From the IMG/VR virus record IMGVR_UViG_3300025141_000089, positions 1-61,539 of that record: DNA of 61,539 nucleotides; one strand, given 5' to 3'. Every line of letters begins with the position of its first letter. The first letter of the stretch is position 1. The notes beneath the pieces were generated by a model, which saw only the letters and a list, made by a program, of their open reading frames with translations, was not told where the DNA came from and did not search any database. The DNA comes from a virus. Taxonomy: Duplodnaviria; Caudoviricetes. Below, one piece after another: positions 48,101-56,656 of this stretch. A program made the position numbers and the translations under genes.

Positions 48101-51100
48101 ATTGAGTTGATTGCACAAACAATCCATTGTGTCTTCTATAAGTGTGACAGTCTCACCCTGCCACCTCCTCACCACCGCATTGCCGCATTCACAACTCCAA
48201 TCTGCAATATCACTGAGGTGTAATGGTGAAACATAATCCCCACAATATAATATTCCATCATCACCATATTCCTCAATCTTCCAACCATCAGCACAGAAAC
48301 AATCCGGCAAGTCGTACGGCCAATCGAGGTCGTCGCAGAGATCCGGGGCCCAGTGCGCGCAATTTTCCTCATACTTGCCCTCTAGTCCACAACAAAAATA
48401 TCCACATTCTCCTATTACTGCGATGCCATCAAGCCAGTAGGTCGATGGATAATCCATGCCGCCTCTGTGTGTAAACCGCCATGGATAACCATCAGGTCCA
48501 TAATCATAATGCCAGTCACTACGCATATCACAAGTAAATACACCACCGTTCCAAAGGGGTCCATGGCCACCTGAACCCCACCCAAATTCCGGCGCGGGTG
48601 GATGATTGTGTTCAGGTGTATCGCAATCACAACAATATCCTTCTGGACACAATTTACCTTCTTCTGGAGTAACATCATTACATTTTTTGTTCTTCCCATA
48701 CCATGCAATATCAGCTTCTCCATATTCTTCTTCTATTATGCCTTTTGCAAGGCATGCATCATAGGTTAAATCTTCACACGCGCCGACATGGGGATGATTA
48801 TATCCACGAATACAACAAGCACCAGTAGTTCCATCAACCATTACATAACCAGAAGTCGAACAACCAAGTTGACAAGCACCAGTAGTTCCATCATACTCAT
48901 CAAAATCATATTCACCGTTACATTGTACACAATCATAATTGCCTGGAATAACTTCTGTGTTGCAAGAGGAACAAGCGAGGTCGGCCGTCATTCCTTCAGC
49001 AGTAGACCCCCAACAAAAATCATCATATGGCCGGCAAACTCTGGGGTCTGATGTTAAACCAGAAGCAGGATAATTCCCTGTAGGACCAAACATAGAACAA
49101 TAGAATCCATATGGACAATTTGATTGACAGGGTAAACAATCCCCCTCCCAATTAAGTCGTCCTGGTTTATACCAAATTTCCGAAAAGTCATCACTTTCCA
49201 TTCCGCATGTGTATCCGATGGGTTCTCCACCAATGTCAATAATTAATTCATCTTCACATCTGTCAATTTGACTAGTCCACTTATAATCATAATCACTATC
49301 GGATGGACCGTATGCGGAAACACCATCATTCCAATGTAATACTTCCATATTACGACACTCTAACCATCTCAATCCTTCTCCATCTTTGTCGTAACATTCC
49401 CACGTTGGCTCAATTGATGTAGGACCTGTTAATCCTCTTACACAACAAGGACCTGTAAATCCACATGGTTCGCAAGGTTGTGTATATGGAGTAATCCCAT
49501 CACAATCCCAACATCTACCATGTACCTCTCCAGGAACAATATTAGAACGACAACACAAATCACCAGCACATTGTTCATTCTCTTGGCACGATTCATTCCA
49601 TCCTCTACCCGGAAGGCATCCACCCGAAACACCCGGCGCACAAGAAATGCAACCACCACACGTTCCATTATTACAACAGTGATGATCAAAACAATCTTCA
49701 TTTCTATCACATTCTTGACGAACCGAACAAGTGCCTTCAAACTCATCTATTCCATCACATGGAGATGGATACACGGAACAAAGTGGTGCTAATAAACAAC
49801 AATCATCATCACTCCAACACTTTACTTCTTCTGGGTATATACAATATCCAAACTTACAACATTTATCTTCTGGACAATGAGAATCTAATAAACACTCAAC
49901 ACATTTATAATCAGAATATCTTGTTCTTCCACAGTATGGTCTTCCTTCTCCGGTCGGGCCTTCACAATTACAGTGTGGTTCATAATTTTCTCCAGCTGGG
50001 TCAGATGCTTGACACATGCAATGACAATCACAATCTGGATCATAATTATTAGCGCCAGTCATTCCAACGCCATCTGGGTCTGTGCTTTGACACTGACAGC
50101 AATCCATGTGGCCTCCTAAACACGCACAACCATATGGATTATGTTCTTTAAAAGAGAACCGATTCGGATTGCTGCTGTTGTGATTGTCATCACATCTCTT
50201 CTTATCAGGGACCATAGAGTTATCACACGGCATGCACATTCTAGGATGTATAATCTTCTGATGATTAGGATTCAATGGATGATAGCTATTTTCCACCCCT
50301 GTGCAACATTCACCTTCTGGACAATCTTTATTTAATTCACAGTGATGACAGATACTGCCTGTCGCGCCTACTTCACCGCGGTCCCCTCGCACAATATTAT
50401 CAACCTTTTCATAAGGCAACCAACTCATACCATCATCACATCGTGGAGAACCTTCAGTAATACCATGCCATTCATTCACAATCCATGCATCCCATGTTGT
50501 GAGCTCAGGATAATCGCACGAACCCGGGTTGTCGCGACAACCATCAAATTGACAGCAAGATTTCCTTTGATATAAATGTACTTCTTCCCCATCATCGTTG
50601 AGTGATGCAGTCCATTTAGTGCCATGTTCGTATGTTATTCCATTTTTAACCTTTACTATCCAGTTCGATTCCGGCATATAAGTATCACAATCAAACTGTC
50701 TTCGTATTCCGCAACCGTCTTTATACACATGTCCATCTGCGGTACTTCCTATTCCGATTTCATATTCTGGCGATTCACCACCCACATGGGGATCATATGC
50801 CTTCCAATATCCAGTACAACACATACCATATGGAGTACAACAACCATCACATCCCCAATTGGCATAATCAAATGGATATCCACAAGGCGGTTGGAATATA
50901 TATTCATTATCAACGAAATCAACCCCATTACAGGAGATTGTTTCACCGTTTACATATTTTACCGTTGGTGCATGGCCATGTGTCACTGTATTCCAATCGG
51001 GGTGTTCTTCGGGCGGTTTACATGTTGTATTCCATGATGACCAATACCCACAAGTATAAATAGGCGCGCGCGTACGGGAATCTTGTTCCACCAATCCTTT

Positions 51101-53398
51101 TTTTATTTCTCTCCATGAGATGTTTTCATAATCTCCAGTCCATCCCGGCCAGGGATATTCATGACTAAATCCACCATTATCATAATCACACGGCTCCATT
51201 TCCAAGACGCCATATTTTTGTTTACCTACAGCATCATCTCCCCCCTCCCAAGTTACTCCTATAAGTATGTTATCATCATTATATAACAACTCTCCACCAT
51301 CTTCACATAATATTTTCATCCACCCAATGTGTTCTTGAAACTGTGGATTTATTCCATCTGGTATATCCATCGGCACATATGTGTGCTGTGGACCATACTC
51401 TGGATTATCTTCAGGAACAGTATAATTCCAATACCAACCTCTACAAATAAATTCACAACAATCATCGTTATCACAAAGAGGCCAACCCCATACGTTGTTA
51501 TTGGTTGGTTCACAGGGTTCATATAACGAACACTCCTGTTTAGGCCAACAAATTGCATCATCGTAATAGAACTCTTCGCATGACACACTAAGTGGAACAC
51601 ACTGTCCACTATAACAACATTTCGATTCGCCCTCTACACATATATTTCCAAATAACTGTTCACAATATTCAAATGGTTGTTCATCATCATCGTCAGAAGG
51701 TTCTGGACAACTTCCGTCTTCACAATGACAACATGCACCCATCTTCATTTCTTCACACCCACCAATATCTGCACATGTATTGCAAGAGCTCCCTCCCCCT
51801 TCACCATCACAACCAGTACAACTATCGGGCAAACAACCACTCTTTGCTTGCCAACCATGATAAGTTGACAGCGGATCTTTTTCACACTCCCACACATTCA
51901 AATCAGCGCATGTACCGTCTGATTTACAACATGCCGCTTTTGGTAAACATTCATTACCTTCATATTCGGGACCTTTATTGTCCCAGAACATAGGTTCTGC
52001 ACAACTAGAAGGCGAATATCCTTCTTCTATCAAAAAATCTTGACACAAAAATGTCCAGAAATCGTTGTTGCATGCCATTAATTTATTGTCTTCTTCATTA
52101 AGTCCATTATCAAAATCATCTCGCGGTGGGGACACACTCGAATTCATCTGATAGGTGCCCCACACCGTATAATCATAAATAACAATAACTGCACCTTTAC
52201 CGTGTTGTTTATATGCAACCGTGCATGCGTTAGGCCATGGGTTGGAATGCTGGCCCGATTTACCGCATGATCCCACCACTCCAACACCTTCATTGACAGG
52301 ATAAAGTGGTGCAGCTGCATTAGTTCTAAAAGAAAGTGGAAGATTACCAGTCGAATTGCCCCCACTATCTTCACCGGCTTTAACAAACGGCTTAATTGTT
52401 TGTTGACAACAAGGAATATTAAAGTTAATATGTTCATCATCGGGAGTTAAATCTTCAGGAAGGTTCATGTAATCTTCCATATAATTTACAGATGAATGAT
52501 AAAATTCAGTTTCAGGAACAATATTAAAGGGACCATCTCCTATGGGTATGTTGATACACCCATGCTCATCGTGTGCCTCACATCCTGCTTGCCATTCTTC
52601 CTCTGATGTTGCACAGAAATGAGCAAACCTCCGAAAATCTTCTTCGACAACATCAGTAACTTCGTTTTCTGAAGAAGGCCAACCGCAATCATCACATAAA
52701 CAATCATCGGAGTATTCTACACAATCTAACCAACATCCCAAATCCTTTCCACTGTCTTGATTAAGACACCACGGATTGTGCCAACTTCCATAAGTTGGAT
52801 CAATCATTATCACTAATTTTCCACCATCAATGACCCAATTTCTTATCCATTTCCAATTTTCGCAATTATCATAAACATTTTCAGTACTACTAGGATAAGG
52901 CGGTATGGTTAAATAAGGATTATTATTGGCATCAATCCCATCTTGATAACCCAATGCACCAACAAACGCTAAAGTATGACATCCAATATTTTCTTCTGTA
53001 CAGTGCATTGTACAGTCGCCCTTTGGAACTAATGGACCGTGATAGTTCTTTATCCAATCTTCAAATGCTTGGGGAGTCCAAGGAAGAGGTCCCATAGGAG
53101 AAAGAAGTTGATAATAATGTGGGGGGAACATATCATCAACGCATTCATGATAATCCTCACACACATCAGACGACCAACAGGGTTCTCCTATAAAAAGATC
53201 ATCTCCTTCCCACGGGTCGGAATCAGGCATTTTATGTTTTGGTTCTATGCCCGGCCATTCCCCACTACTCATTCCAACTGCACTACTCATTCCAACTGCA
53301 CAAACAGGGCAATCTATACTGGTATCATCATAGAAATATTCAGTTCCTTTACAGAATTTATCCCCACAGTCACAACAACATGATTTACCACTATACAT
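45161..53398 (-). CDS. 2745-aa acidic Cys-rich mosaic protein; putative tail-tip/baseplate appendage
   Basis: N-terminal CCCDC. A GATase/DUF4350-like segment (IRNWVIDGGKLVIMID...HGKGAVIVIYD...N..F). GACC units, many C..D.DC..G..C....C..C units, and three GN[IV]C..G...KCC.....C[VI]P....C units. Confidence 0.8.
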   Translation of the reverse strand: MYSGKSCCCDCGDKFCKGTEYFYDDTSIDCPVCAVGMSSAVGMSSGEWPGIEPKHKMPDSDPWEGDDLFIGEPCWSSDVCEDYHECVDDMFPPHYYQLLSPMGPLPWTPQAFEDWIKNYHGPLVPKGDCTMHCTEENIGCHTLAFVGALGYQDGIDANNNPYLTIPPYPSSTENVYDNCENWKWIRNWVIDGGKLVIMIDPTYGSWHNPWCLNQDSGKDLGCWLDCVEYSDDCLCDDCGWPSSENEVTDVVEEDFRRFAHFCATSEEEWQAGCEAHDEHGCINIPIGDGPFNIVPETEFYHSSVNYMEDYMNLPEDLTPDDEHINFNIPCCQQTIKPFVKAGEDSGGNSTGNLPLSFRTNAAAPLYPVNEGVGVVGSCGKSGQHSNPWPNACTVAYKQHGKGAVIVIYDYTVWGTYQMNSSVSPPRDDFDNGLNEEDNKLMACNNDFWTFLCQDFLIEEGYSPSSCAEPMFWDNKGPEYEGNECLPKAACCKSDGTCADLNVWECEKDPLSTYHGWQAKSGCLPDSCTGCDGEGGGSSCNTCADIGGCEEMKMGACCHCEDGSCPEPSDDDDEQPFEYCEQLFGNICVEGESKCCYSGQCVPLSVSCEEFYYDDAICWPKQECSLYEPCEPTNNNVWGWPLCDNDDCCEFICRGWYWNYTVPEDNPEYGPQHTYVPMDIPDGINPQFQEHIGWMKILCEDGGELLYNDDNILIGVTWEGGDDAVGKQKYGVLEMEPCDYDNGGFSHEYPWPGWTGDYENISWREIKKGLVEQDSRTRAPIYTCGYWSSWNTTCKPPEEHPDWNTVTHGHAPTVKYVNGETISCNGVDFVDNEYIFQPPCGYPFDYANWGCDGCCTPYGMCCTGYWKAYDPHVGGESPEYEIGIGSTADGHVYKDGCGIRRQFDCDTYMPESNWIVKVKNGITYEHGTKWTASLNDDGEEVHLYQRKSCCQFDGCRDNPGSCDYPELTTWDAWIVNEWHGITEGSPRCDDGMSWLPYEKVDNIVRGDRGEVGATGSICHHCELNKDCPEGECCTGVENSYHPLNPNHQKIIHPRMCMPCDNSMVPDKKRCDDNHNSSNPNRFSFKEHNPYGCACLGGHMDCCQCQSTDPDGVGMTGANNYDPDCDCHCMCQASDPAGENYEPHCNCEGPTGEGRPYCGRTRYSDYKCVECLLDSHCPEDKCCKFGYCIYPEEVKCWSDDDCCLLAPLCSVYPSPCDGIDEFEGTCSVRQECDRNEDCFDHHCCNNGTCGGCISCAPGVSGGCLPGRGWNESCQENEQCAGDLCCRSNIVPGEVHGRCWDCDGITPYTQPCEPCGFTGPCCVRGLTGPTSIEPTWECYDKDGEGLRWLECRNMEVLHWNDGVSAYGPSDSDYDYKWTSQIDRCEDELIIDIGGEPIGYTCGMESDDFSEIWYKPGRLNWEGDCLPCQSNCPYGFYCSMFGPTGNYPASGLTSDPRVCRPYDDFCWGSTAEGMTADLACSSCNTEVIPGNYDCVQCNGEYDFDEYDGTTGACQLGCSTSGYVMVDGTTGACCIRGYNHPHVGACEDLTYDACLAKGIIEEEYGEADIAWYGKNKKCNDVTPEEGKLCPEGYCCDCDTPEHNHPPAPEFGWGSGGHGPLWNGGVFTCDMRSDWHYDYGPDGYPWRFTHRGGMDYPSTYWLDGIAVIGECGYFCCGLEGKYEENCAHWAPDLCDDLDWPYDLPDCFCADGWKIEEYGDDGILYCGDYVSPLHLSDIADWSCECGNAVVRRWQGETVTLIEDTMDCLCNQLNCLENVANPNPCDGWGSGPCENEWENYSFTCGGACSTPLGACCHVKNQYPGHGDEILECEDGDHNSSINYCNSMRTCRIMSQADCEELSIVSWEYYFNEENNWPRMPDTRKGGTHDKQITYFYEGLWCDEIPEGSPCMDYAENRKCHECNHDGDCVRKKLNELFETDAPSCRENEFGIRKCQRAVGCNQPEATDLDWCASNGNVCVEGEKCCKDNWECVPIGQDCECQPDCYIDGLECCGENGKCGGCDDCEQYDKCCGNIIWERNPGNCTREERLAGECCTGDRTDGGDGCGDNEHMAAIKIFPNVCTDCLGECYASGMHTGSVIKPNTTMYDEEYLFVKDVNPDCDWREIPYDVSHCVDDCPAGLSHDCRCNCFPTAVFTDRLENGICDNGIWKPADNGYPCPPFNDPKYHYSCNNYLYLDCDTFNCGGDDCVGVTDCRGGCTDKDNIYDCCWKCEGEKPFLNLWYLQEYDNIVTCDSWVVNTSPDPPYECPCNDSGVPYGEPECFPSCCQNPADGDDQTCCPNWCTRWVCDEWHVPTCDELCIDTDHHSYNPSHDACLSCECQYAKAEHLGVDLCQDTGTCFDHTCYPKWYGDVDERSQCDGGGCAVNEECLPASYLTYERFDVGEIAEEAPVAWCANMFGNICATGDEGIFDDEKCCYRDGKCIPAGETCPGFPSETWIFSPDCEVDGSCDHYEMNNLDGTTGPYAWLDNNLPDLNGSICKEINPVPIMPCDDCDILKKYDPCYSNGPTAGFYGNYPYLDDHGYGDFGHWAAGMCLQPDGECGPCPDFCGGCGPCECESDSECPEGMICTDVGVCKIKDLYCEVDDDCDNDCEGEESCPEMCCLYEECVECDSLCETHEDCEDGMVCIGEQCVEGILCETDEDCWEHGLCCNGYVGEEKVCEECDIECIENWDCPSGLCCSPDNATGLMKCMDCTDVEDGCDCLGKMYEYECCMQSDDVSGDMCWKEDEDCSACTP
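53263..53298. repeat. Perfect 18-bp tandem duplication (AVGMSS x2)
   Basis: CACTACTCATTCCAACTG occurs twice in tandem. Confidence 0.9.
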
Positions 53399-53413
53399 TA
53401 TATAATATTTATG

Positions 53414-55558
53414 TTAGTTTGGACAACTACATAATCCATCGTGTGCATTTTGAACATCAAAGAAATATATTCTATCTGGAATTTCATTTTCCGTATCTTC
53501 TTCGGGATCAGGTTCAATAGGAGAAATTGTTTCTAGCATATCTGCCGGTATAACATTCATCTCTACAATATGTTTCCAAAATTCCCCATACATCTCACCT
53601 TCTCCACGCATTTCACAGGGATCATTTTCAATTTTCCAATACCCTCCTACTGGCATCATTTGATGGCCTTCTGGATAATCATTTCCATCTGGAAATGATT
53701 CTTCAATCTCGGCCGCATTGATACCAGGACCAGTATATACATCATCCCCTACTTGATGATTTAACAATTCATTAATATTATATGCACCATCTTTACCTGT
53801 TATATTATTTTCTTCATCACTCATAACGCCTTTTAATCCACCTCTAGACTCTGGAACAACAGCAATGGTTATGGGTGCATCTGGATGAGATACAATTTCT
53901 GCTTGAACTTCTCCTTCTTCTCCTTCTTCTCCTTCTTCTCCTTCTTCTCCCTCATTAATATATTCTTTAGGCCATATTTCCACTTCTCTCCATGAATATT
54001 CATATATGCCACCCTTACCGTTTTCTTGTATTAATTTTGCATCATCAATAATTGCTAAGAATTGTCGTTTGTCATCAATCTTATCACAGCATATTGTATG
54101 TCGATATACGTTCCACTTTTCTTTAAGATTATTTTTAAAAATATATTCCAAATAATTTTCTCTTGTTGGTTCAACAATGCTTCGTTGAATTGTTTTGATA
54201 GTTTCCAATTTTAAATTTGTTTGATCAGACATTGTTTGCCACATAATATTATTTCGCCTACCAAGAGACCCATCCCCCATTCTACTAGAAAGAAAATCAT
54301 ATTTATTGTGTGGGTTATTGCTATTATATGCAGTATCAAAATATCCATATATTTCTGGTATGTTTCTAAATTTTAAATTTTTATTTGGTTTCTCTGTATC
54401 AATTTCCGTCTCAATATCTTCAGGTAAAAATTTATATTTTTCTACCGTAAAAGTATTCCATGACTTTTCATCCCATTCTCTATGATATTGATAATCTACA
54501 AATTTATTTTTATGCACAGCAGCAGTATCCATATAATAATTATATGGATCTGAATAATCTGGCTCCACATGATAATAATATGAAGCATATGCCCCACTTT
54601 TCCACAATTTTAAATGATTTGGTGAAGCAATCATACTCTTGCTCGTCATTATTTTTGGATCACCTGTATTGGTTTCTTCTAAAGAACTTATTCCATCTTT
54701 TATAGCATATACTGCTCTAGAAGTGGTTTGAATATCTCCTGCTTCTCCCCCCCGCGGAACATCGTTTTTATTTTCCTCAACCATCTTCTTTATCGATTTA
54801 AAATGCCATTTATCAAAATCATGATAAAAAACATAATTACACCAAGTTTCATCTTCATCTATTGCATTTTCTGCCATATTTTTCATAAGTTGCATAAGAG
54901 TCATAGAATTTGTTTCTTTGCCCCACGGATATAATTGAGGATTTGTTTTTAACCATATTCCATTATGGACCTTGGGTTCTATATCCATACCTTCATTTTG
55001 TTTACCACACACCCATCCATTTTCCCCTTCAAAATATTTTGGTGCAATCATATTTACCATTTCATCAATTTTTAAAAACAAATCTTGATTAAAAATTTCA
55101 CCTTCCCCACCTTTCCAATCAGAAATATCAAGATACATTGGTTCACATGACATAAAATGAAGTTGCATTTTGTTATCTTTAATGCTTCCGCCCAGTTTGC
55201 CTGTAGCGTCTGCACCACCTACACCAAATTCATTTATTGATACTATACAAAATTCTAATATTTGCTCAGAATCTTCAAGGTGTGGTGTTTTCATTTCGAT
55301 GTGAATTATTTCATCTTGGCCAGAAATTTTAAAATTATCAATGGCCTTTCCTGGATTTTTTATTACTACATTTCCTGTAATTGCCGAATTTAATATACTT
55401 TCATCTATACGCAAGGATAAAAGTAAAGATCCCATATTGCCGGTTTCCTCACCATCATCTACAATATAGAATTTTTCACCCGAACTCATTTTTCTTATGT
55501 ATATACTCGATACATCGATACTATATCCACGATTGTGTGTGAGTGCTGCCGGACTCAT
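53414..55558 (-). CDS. gp27-like baseplate hub N-terminal part with an extra C-terminal domain
   Basis: LRIDESIL...ITG.VVI....IDNF.ISGQDE.I.I...T, L.F.S.E and YVFY.D...WHFKSI..M; follows gp53. Ends YEYSWREVE...AYNINELLN...GPG...YFFDVQNAHDGLCSCPN. Confidence 0.65.
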   Translation of the reverse strand: MSPAALTHNRGYSIDVSSIYIRKMSSGEKFYIVDDGEETGNMGSLLLSLRIDESILNSAITGNVVIKNPGKAIDNFKISGQDEIIHIEMKTPHLEDSEQILEFCIVSINEFGVGGADATGKLGGSIKDNKMQLHFMSCEPMYLDISDWKGGEGEIFNQDLFLKIDEMVNMIAPKYFEGENGWVCGKQNEGMDIEPKVHNGIWLKTNPQLYPWGKETNSMTLMQLMKNMAENAIDEDETWCNYVFYHDFDKWHFKSIKKMVEENKNDVPRGGEAGDIQTTSRAVYAIKDGISSLEETNTGDPKIMTSKSMIASPNHLKLWKSGAYASYYYHVEPDYSDPYNYYMDTAAVHKNKFVDYQYHREWDEKSWNTFTVEKYKFLPEDIETEIDTEKPNKNLKFRNIPEIYGYFDTAYNSNNPHNKYDFLSSRMGDGSLGRRNNIMWQTMSDQTNLKLETIKTIQRSIVEPTRENYLEYIFKNNLKEKWNVYRHTICCDKIDDKRQFLAIIDDAKLIQENGKGGIYEYSWREVEIWPKEYINEGEEGEEGEEGEEGEVQAEIVSHPDAPITIAVVPESRGGLKGVMSDEENNITGKDGAYNINELLNHQVGDDVYTGPGINAAEIEESFPDGNDYPEGHQMMPVGGYWKIENDPCEMRGEGEMYGEFWKHIVEMNVIPADMLETISPIEPDPEEDTENEIPDRIYFFDVQNAHDGLCSCPN
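53909..53953. repeat. 9-bp microsatellite x5 (EGE repeats)
   Basis: (TTCTCCTTC)x4 followed by TTCTCCCTC. Confidence 0.9.
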
Positions 55559-55580
55559 ATTATATTCATTCCTTTATACA

Positions 55581-56639
55581 TCAGAAATCATATTCAATAT
55601 ATTTTGTAGTGCCGGGAGGAACACTAGAGTTCATAATTGCCTTTACTTCTCCTACAATTTTTTGCACAATATTTGGAGTAAGAACTTTAATTGTTCGTCT
55701 ATCATCATTTTTTCTAATAATATCTGCACCTTCTCCTATTACTTTAATTGATGGATAAAGTCTTTGAATATCATCATTGATATAATGATATAAAACCGTA
55801 TTTGTTAAACCACATATGTTTTGCCCAGCACCACTATAATAACTTCCTGTTGCTCCGCCTATAGAATTTGGAACAGCATATGGATCGATGGGAACACCAC
55901 CAATTTCAAAATGTTTTACTGCACTTTTAAATGTTGATTTTTTCCTAATAATTCCAAAAGTACTCCCAGCAGTTGCACACCAAATTCCATATGCATTAGT
56001 ACCGTTACCGGTCGTTGGCCCAATAATTTGTGAACACCCCGCGGTAGATCCTAATGTTTGCTTCGCGCACGCGGTAAGTCCCATTCCATCAACGGGATAC
56101 CATTGCTGTGGAATTGCTGAATATTCATCCCGGCGAAAAAGATAAAATTCATCATTCTCTTCAAATGTTCCTTCAGACCTATCAGTTTTTATTTTAATTT
56201 TATGAAGATGTTTATCATATTCATCAATAATACCAAAAGTATTTATATCAACTGAACCCGTATCATCAACGTCTCGTTTAATCATAATATCATCTTTTTG
56301 TATAGCCGGATTTTCTACTATAAAATAAACACTACCGTCTAAGAACTCATCAAATATTCTATTTATTTCTTGAGTATTTTTAGGCCATTCTTGGTCTTTA
56401 TCAATTATTCCGTTTATCATCAACACTACCCACCACAAAAAAGAATCATTATATAATTCAAACGCAATTTGTTCGGGAGTGTCACCATCGCCTACTAGAT
56501 GGTATTTAAAATTTGAAGAATTGTTTAATGTTTCTTTTTTAATAGAAACATTTCTAAAAATATCAACAATTTCTAAATTAGTAATCTTTCCGTCTTCATT
56601 TATAAACTTATAATCAATTTTTGGATAATGTTCAAACAT
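55581..56639 (-). CDS. gp53: Baseplate wedge protein with a central insertion
   Basis: F..YP.I.Y, DIFR.V, Y.V.DGDTPEQIA.ELY.D....WVVL..N.I.D...EWP (LysM-like), and C-terminal ND.RR.IKVL.P. Confidence 0.88.
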   Translation of the reverse strand: MFEHYPKIDYKFINEDGKITNLEIVDIFRNVSIKKETLNNSSNFKYHLVGDGDTPEQIAFELYNDSFLWWVVLMINGIIDKDQEWPKNTQEINRIFDEFLDGSVYFIVENPAIQKDDIMIKRDVDDTGSVDINTFGIIDEYDKHLHKIKIKTDRSEGTFEENDEFYLFRRDEYSAIPQQWYPVDGMGLTACAKQTLGSTAGCSQIIGPTTGNGTNAYGIWCATAGSTFGIIRKKSTFKSAVKHFEIGGVPIDPYAVPNSIGGATGSYYSGAGQNICGLTNTVLYHYINDDIQRLYPSIKVIGEGADIIRKNDDRRTIKVLTPNIVQKIVGEVKAIMNSSVPPGTTKYIEYDF

Positions 56640-56643
56640 ATAT

Positions 56644-56651
56644 TATTTATA
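56644..56651 (-). promoter_or_regulatory. Canonical late promoter TATAAATA (gp53)
   Basis: Exact consensus 5 nt before the ATG. Confidence 0.55.
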
Positions 56652-56656
56652 ACCGA

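Noticed and set aside
21704-53398. Multiheme cytochrome interpretation of the Cys-rich proteins
   Set aside because: Only an isolated CxxCH (CGMCH in the 1210-aa protein) was noticed among hundreds of Cys, which is expected by chance. There are no export signals.
19923-53520. Numerous 60-180-aa alternative-frame and antisense ORFs within the Cys-rich genes
   Set aside because: They are fully nested in long ORFs and have His/Asn/Ile/Val-biased translations typical of shifted TGT/GAT/GGT codons. No RBS or motif support.
55496-55503. Additional TATACATA
   Set aside because: It lies inside the 714-aa coding region and may be a chance match in AT-rich DNA. Not counted as a promoter.
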